From: Piromyces finnis finn
Taxonomy: Eukaryota > Fungi > Neocallimastigomycota
Direction: 5' to 3'
Assembly: GCA_002104945.1 (NCBI GenBank)
Contig: MCFH01000045.1
Location: 1-64,000 of the forward strand
Length of the DNA: 64,000 nucleotides
In this document: positions 61,723 to 64,000 of the stretch, in pieces
How the letters are laid out: every line of letters starts with the position of its first letter
How positions within the stretch are numbered: the first letter of the stretch is position 1
Notes under the pieces: generated by a model
What the model was told of the DNA's origin: nothing
Databases searched by the model: none
Seen by the model: the letters and a program-made list of their open reading frames with translations, nothing else
Program-made: the position numbers and the translations under genes

Positions 61723-62791
61723 TATCTTTACCCATAATTCAGAAAATTTATGGATGATACATCATTTAAAAAATAAAAAATCTATATTATCTCAATCTTT
61801 CCTTTTTTTTAATTTATGTTCTATAGCTACAGAGTAAAATCACACTACCTAATTCAGTTATAGTACACTTACTATCATAATCAATATCATATAAAATCGT
61901 TCTATTAGATATGAAATTATTTTTTTATTAATTGTTGTTTCACTATTATTATCACTTGTATAGTAGTATTATTCTTTAATAATAATTCTACTCTTGAACA
62001 TTACATTGATATTTATTGTTGCTGTTCTATAATAACAATTATATATATTATCTCTAAAAAAAAACCTTCATCTATACTTTTACATATACTTTTTTTTTTT
62101 TTTTTACAAACTATAGTACTAAATAATACTAAATAAATAGGCTTCATTAGAAATATTATCTAATACAAAGTATTTACCTAAATCTTTAGCACTAAATACA
62201 CCCCAAACAGATATAAATAAAATATTAATATGCAATATTTATATTTAATATCGAAATAATAATTATAATTGTTATGTAATTAACAAAAATTCGTTTTAAA
62301 AATATAGATTATAATAATTATTTAAATATTATATTAATAATAGTTGTTATAAATAAAAAATTGTTTATAATACTACCTATTTATTTCCAATATTAATATT
62401 ACTATTTTTTTGGTGACAACAGCATCAACAACAAATAATAACTATTAAAACACTAAATGATCTTGCTATAATACCTAATACTATAAATACTATACTTAAT
62501 TCATCACTGTCAGAAGATGCATGATACATATCAGAATATATTTCACAAATCACAATTTATAAATAAATAATCCGTCTGTAGCCTTTTTACATCTCTCACC
62601 GTTCAATCGCAGCATTTATACCTTTCCACTTTTTTTTTTTTTTTTCGTAAAAATATAATGAGTTTTACATCTAAAAAATGATAAATAAGCTTCATCTAGA
62701 ATATTAGTTGACCCAGTACAAGTATAACTAAATTGAAAAAGTAATTACAAAATTTATATACTCTTTGGTTCTTATATATTCATTACGAAAA

Positions 62792-62823
<32 letters not shown>

Positions 62824-63356
62824 TTTTGTATTTAGAATAGGCATAAAATATTCTAAAATCTAATGAGGAAAAGATGGTTCACCATTTCCGCTATATGGAT
62901 AGATATGAAAATAGTCAGGAATAATGGATTACTTTGATACTCCCTGAGTTGTTTATTTCTAGTAATAAGCAACTCAACAACCTCAATACGAATCATTCAA
63001 ATAATTCTTAAATTTAAGTGAACTCTATTGAAATTATTAAATAACAAATGATTTATTTGATAAAAAGTGTATCAGAAGACTTTTCTCCCAGGCTACTATT
63101 TTTCCATTAATGTTCTCTAATACATTCTATAAAGTTTATAAAAAAAACTTCGGATTAAAAATTTTAAAAAATTAGGATTATTTCCATAAAGCATCATTAT
63201 TACTATATAACATTCATTAATAAAAATAATAAAAATAACCATCCCATTTATTTTTTTTTTTTTTTAACAATTATAACTATTAAAAATATTAATAAAATAT
63301 AATCAAAAATTTAAAAGTCTTTTATATATGTTTTTTTTTGTATTGTTTGATTGTAA

Positions 63357-63393
<37 letters not shown>

Positions 63394-63607
63394 TTTAAAA
63401 AAAAAAAAAAAAAGTCATTAACATTGAAATATTTATTGTATATGTAACATATTATGATATATATAAAATTAATATAAATATTTTTTTTTTGTGTATTTTT
63501 TTTTTTTTTAAATTTTTTTTTTATTATTTTAATTTTTGTGCATTAGACATTCACTCTTTAAAAATTCAAAAGATAAAATTACCATCTTATGTTTTATTAT
63601 TATATAT

Positions 63608-64000
63608 TTAATGTTCTATCCATTCAATATGATCTTTAAAACCATTTCTTCTATTAAAAGTATTAAAAGTAGAGTTGTATGGAGTCAAACGTCTATAAAG
63701 TTGTTCAAATAATTTATAACAATATAAATAGTCTGGTTCTTCCATGAAACCTAAATTTCTGGTATAGTCTAAGAACTTGGCAAACTCACTCGGTAAATTA
63801 CCACAAATTTCATACATTGTTGCTTCTCTTTTTCTAATTCTAATTTTTGCCCAACCTTCTCTTGAAGATGATGCTTTAATACCCATCCAAGGCAATGAAG
63901 CTTTGGCTAAGTCTATAAGAACATAAGCTAAAGATTCTAAATCATCTCTACGAGTGTGATCATAACCTTCGTGAACATTTACACTTGCATATCTAGCAGT
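63608..64000 (-). CDS. Casein kinase 1 family protein kinase, 3' part only (5' end beyond the window)
   Basis: TARYASVNVHEGYDHTRRDDLESLAYVL…LPWMGIKA…PSEFAKFLDYTRNLGFMEEPDY: CK1 subdomains VIII-XI. Confidence 0.88.
   Translation of the reverse strand, partial: TARYASVNVHEGYDHTRRDDLESLAYVLIDLAKASLPWMGIKASSSREGWAKIRIRKREATMYEICGNLPSEFAKFLDYTRNLGFMEEPDYLYCYKLFEQLYRRLTPYNSTFNTFNRRNGFKDHIEWIEH

Noticed and set aside
61411-61737. IYLF-repeat ORF
   Set aside because: Artefact of the (TTTA)n microsatellite.
62400-62620. Minus-strand TM-plus-Cys-string fragment (LSIVFIVLGIIARSFSVLIVIICC*CCCHQKK)
   Set aside because: In-frame stop, no coherent exon chain and no recognisable family; possibly a decayed gene but unsupported.
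62840-63120. GC-richer island downstream of CK1
   Set aside because: No frame gave a recognisable motif; could be an old transposon fragment but cannot be assigned.

Overview
Eukaryotic genomic DNA, extremely AT-rich, with many short GT-AG introns, poly-A/T tracts and long microsatellites. Fungal dockerin (CBM10-type) and CBM29 modules identify it as an anaerobic gut fungus (Neocallimastigomycota). The 6-36 kb region is rich in plant-cell-wall genes: two free CBM1-CE12 acetylesterases, a PL4 rhamnogalacturonan lyase-CBM1-CE12 fusion, an NCP1-like protein (3 dockerins + 2 CBM29) and a CBM1-CE4 deacetylase. The CE12 part of the fusion is a 767-bp inverted copy of the neighbouring divergently transcribed CE12 gene, identical wherever I checked. 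Housekeeping genes are interspersed: a Kelch+FN3 protein (partial), an ERp38/PDIA6-type PDI, an RS/RD-RRM protein resembling NELF-E, a PROPPIN (HSV2/ATG18 family), VPS11 and a casein kinase 1 (partial). Also present: an LRR pseudogene, a deleted non-LTR retrotransposon relic, an intronless bacterial-type transglutaminase-like gene and a mucin-like type I membrane protein. No rRNA, tRNA or CRISPR array was seen. Exon boundaries and alignments were read by eye; internal boundaries may be off by a few bases.
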